The notes under the pieces: generated by a model
Told to the model about the DNA's origin: nothing
The model's input: only the letters and a program-made list of their open reading frames with translations
Database searches by the model: none
In this document: in pieces, positions 63,099 to 64,000 of the stretch
Position numbering within the stretch: the stretch's first letter is position 1
Layout of the letters: every line of letters begins with the position of its first letter
Assembly: GCA_963666215.2 (NCBI GenBank)
Contig: CAXWPL010000003.1
Location: 256,001-320,000, forward strand
Origin: Acidobacteriota bacterium
GTDB taxonomy: Bacteria; Acidobacteriota; UBA890; WLXD01
Length of the DNA: 64,000 nt
Reading direction: 5' to 3'
Translations under genes and position numbers: made by a program

Positions 63099-63293
63099 AT
63101 GGACGTTCCGCAGGACGATGTCGAACGCATCTCGAACCTGATCTACAGCGCCGACAGCCCGGTGGGAATCGACGCCAAGAAGACGCACGTGCTGATTCTG
63201 CACAAACTCGAGGGAATCGAGCGACGCCTCACCGCTCTCGAGGCCCGGCTGGCGCAGCCGACGCACGACTCGCAACGAGAACAGGAAGGTTGA
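63099..63293 (+). CDS. 64-aa hypothetical protein
   Basis: RBS GAGGAG; ...SPVGIDAKKTHVLILHKL..IE.RL..LE coiled-coil end; stop 1 nt before the next ATG. Confidence 0.6.
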   Translation: MDVPQDDVERISNLIYSADSPVGIDAKKTHVLILHKLEGIERRLTALEARLAQPTHDSQREQEG

Positions 63294-63294
63294 G

Positions 63295-64000
63295 ATGAAG
63301 GCCGCCCCACTGGTCGTCGCACTGGCGATGCTTCTCCCCGCTTCCGCGCCGGGCTCGACCCAGGAACCCGTTCATTGGGATGTCGTCCAGCAGATCATGG
63401 AGGAAGCCTTCGAGCGCTCCGAAGTCATGGAGAACGCCAGCTGGCTCACCGACGTGTCGGGCCGCGCAACTCGAAGTCGAGCGGCTACGTGGCCGCGGCC
63501 GAATGGGCGCGGAAACGTCTCGAGGACTACGGTCTTTCCAATGCCCACCTCGAGCCGTTCGAGTTCGGGCGCGGCTGGGAGAACCTCTACACGTCGTTCC
63601 ATATGGTCGGGCCGACATACATGCCGATCATCGGGTATCCGGCTGCGTGGTCGGCAGCAACCGACGGCAAGATCCGCGCCCAGGTCGTGCATCTAGACCT
63701 CGAACAGATCACCTCGGCCGCCGACCTCGAGCCCCACCGCGATCGCATCCGCGACAAGATCGTCTTGATCCAGCCTGAGCAGAACCTGTCGTTCCAGCAC
63801 GACCCGTTGCCGACGGGGTACAGCAAGGCCGAGCTCGACGAGATGGCCCGCATACCGATCGGACCCACCGAGGAGCGGCGGCGGCGGCCTGCGCGCGACG
63901 GACTGGCGCCCGACGACGTCATCGACCTCGTCTTTGAAGCCGGCGCGTTGGCGGTGGCGCGCACCGATAGCACGCATGCCTACGGCACCGTCGACGGAGC
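63295..64000 (+). CDS. Secreted M28 peptidase, N-terminal part; -1 frameshift near 63456; runs off window
   Basis: Signal peptide, EEAFERSEVM...WLTDV; restoring one T gives FGPRNSKSSGY...; paralogous to 58336-59945. Confidence 0.8.

Overview
High-GC bacterial chromosomal segment, probably Acidobacteriota (inferred from an ADOP-type duplicated permease, a VPS10-like glycosyl hydrolase and many secreted M28/M24 peptidases; no database search run). 1-8.5 kb (minus): S10 operon and the start of spc (rpsJ to partial rplF), preceded by tuf and a tRNA-Thr/Tyr/Gly/Thr cluster. 9-26 kb: rlmB, gltX, three glycosyltransferases, rpsU, purD-purE, rlmN, then a lipid A/inner-core operon (waaA-lpxK-lpxL-like-waaF-like) followed by an ICMT/Ste14-family methyltransferase. 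26-64 kb is accessory: ABC permeases, DsbD, rhomboid, zinc proteases, a Ser/Thr kinase fused in frame to a GT4 domain, an AKR/proline-racemase-like/SDR operon with two non-canonical active sites, an IS3 left-end remnant, and a matrixin plus partner gene pair. The sequence carries many lesions (indels in tuf, two M28 genes and the matrixin, an in-frame TAG, and three to four mid-gene junctions), so fusions must be checked against reads. Best candidates for new biology are the AKR/racemase(Ser-Cys)/SDR(Tyr to Phe) operon, a possible LmtA-like lipid A methyltransferase, and a possible bacterial MMP/TIMP-like pair.
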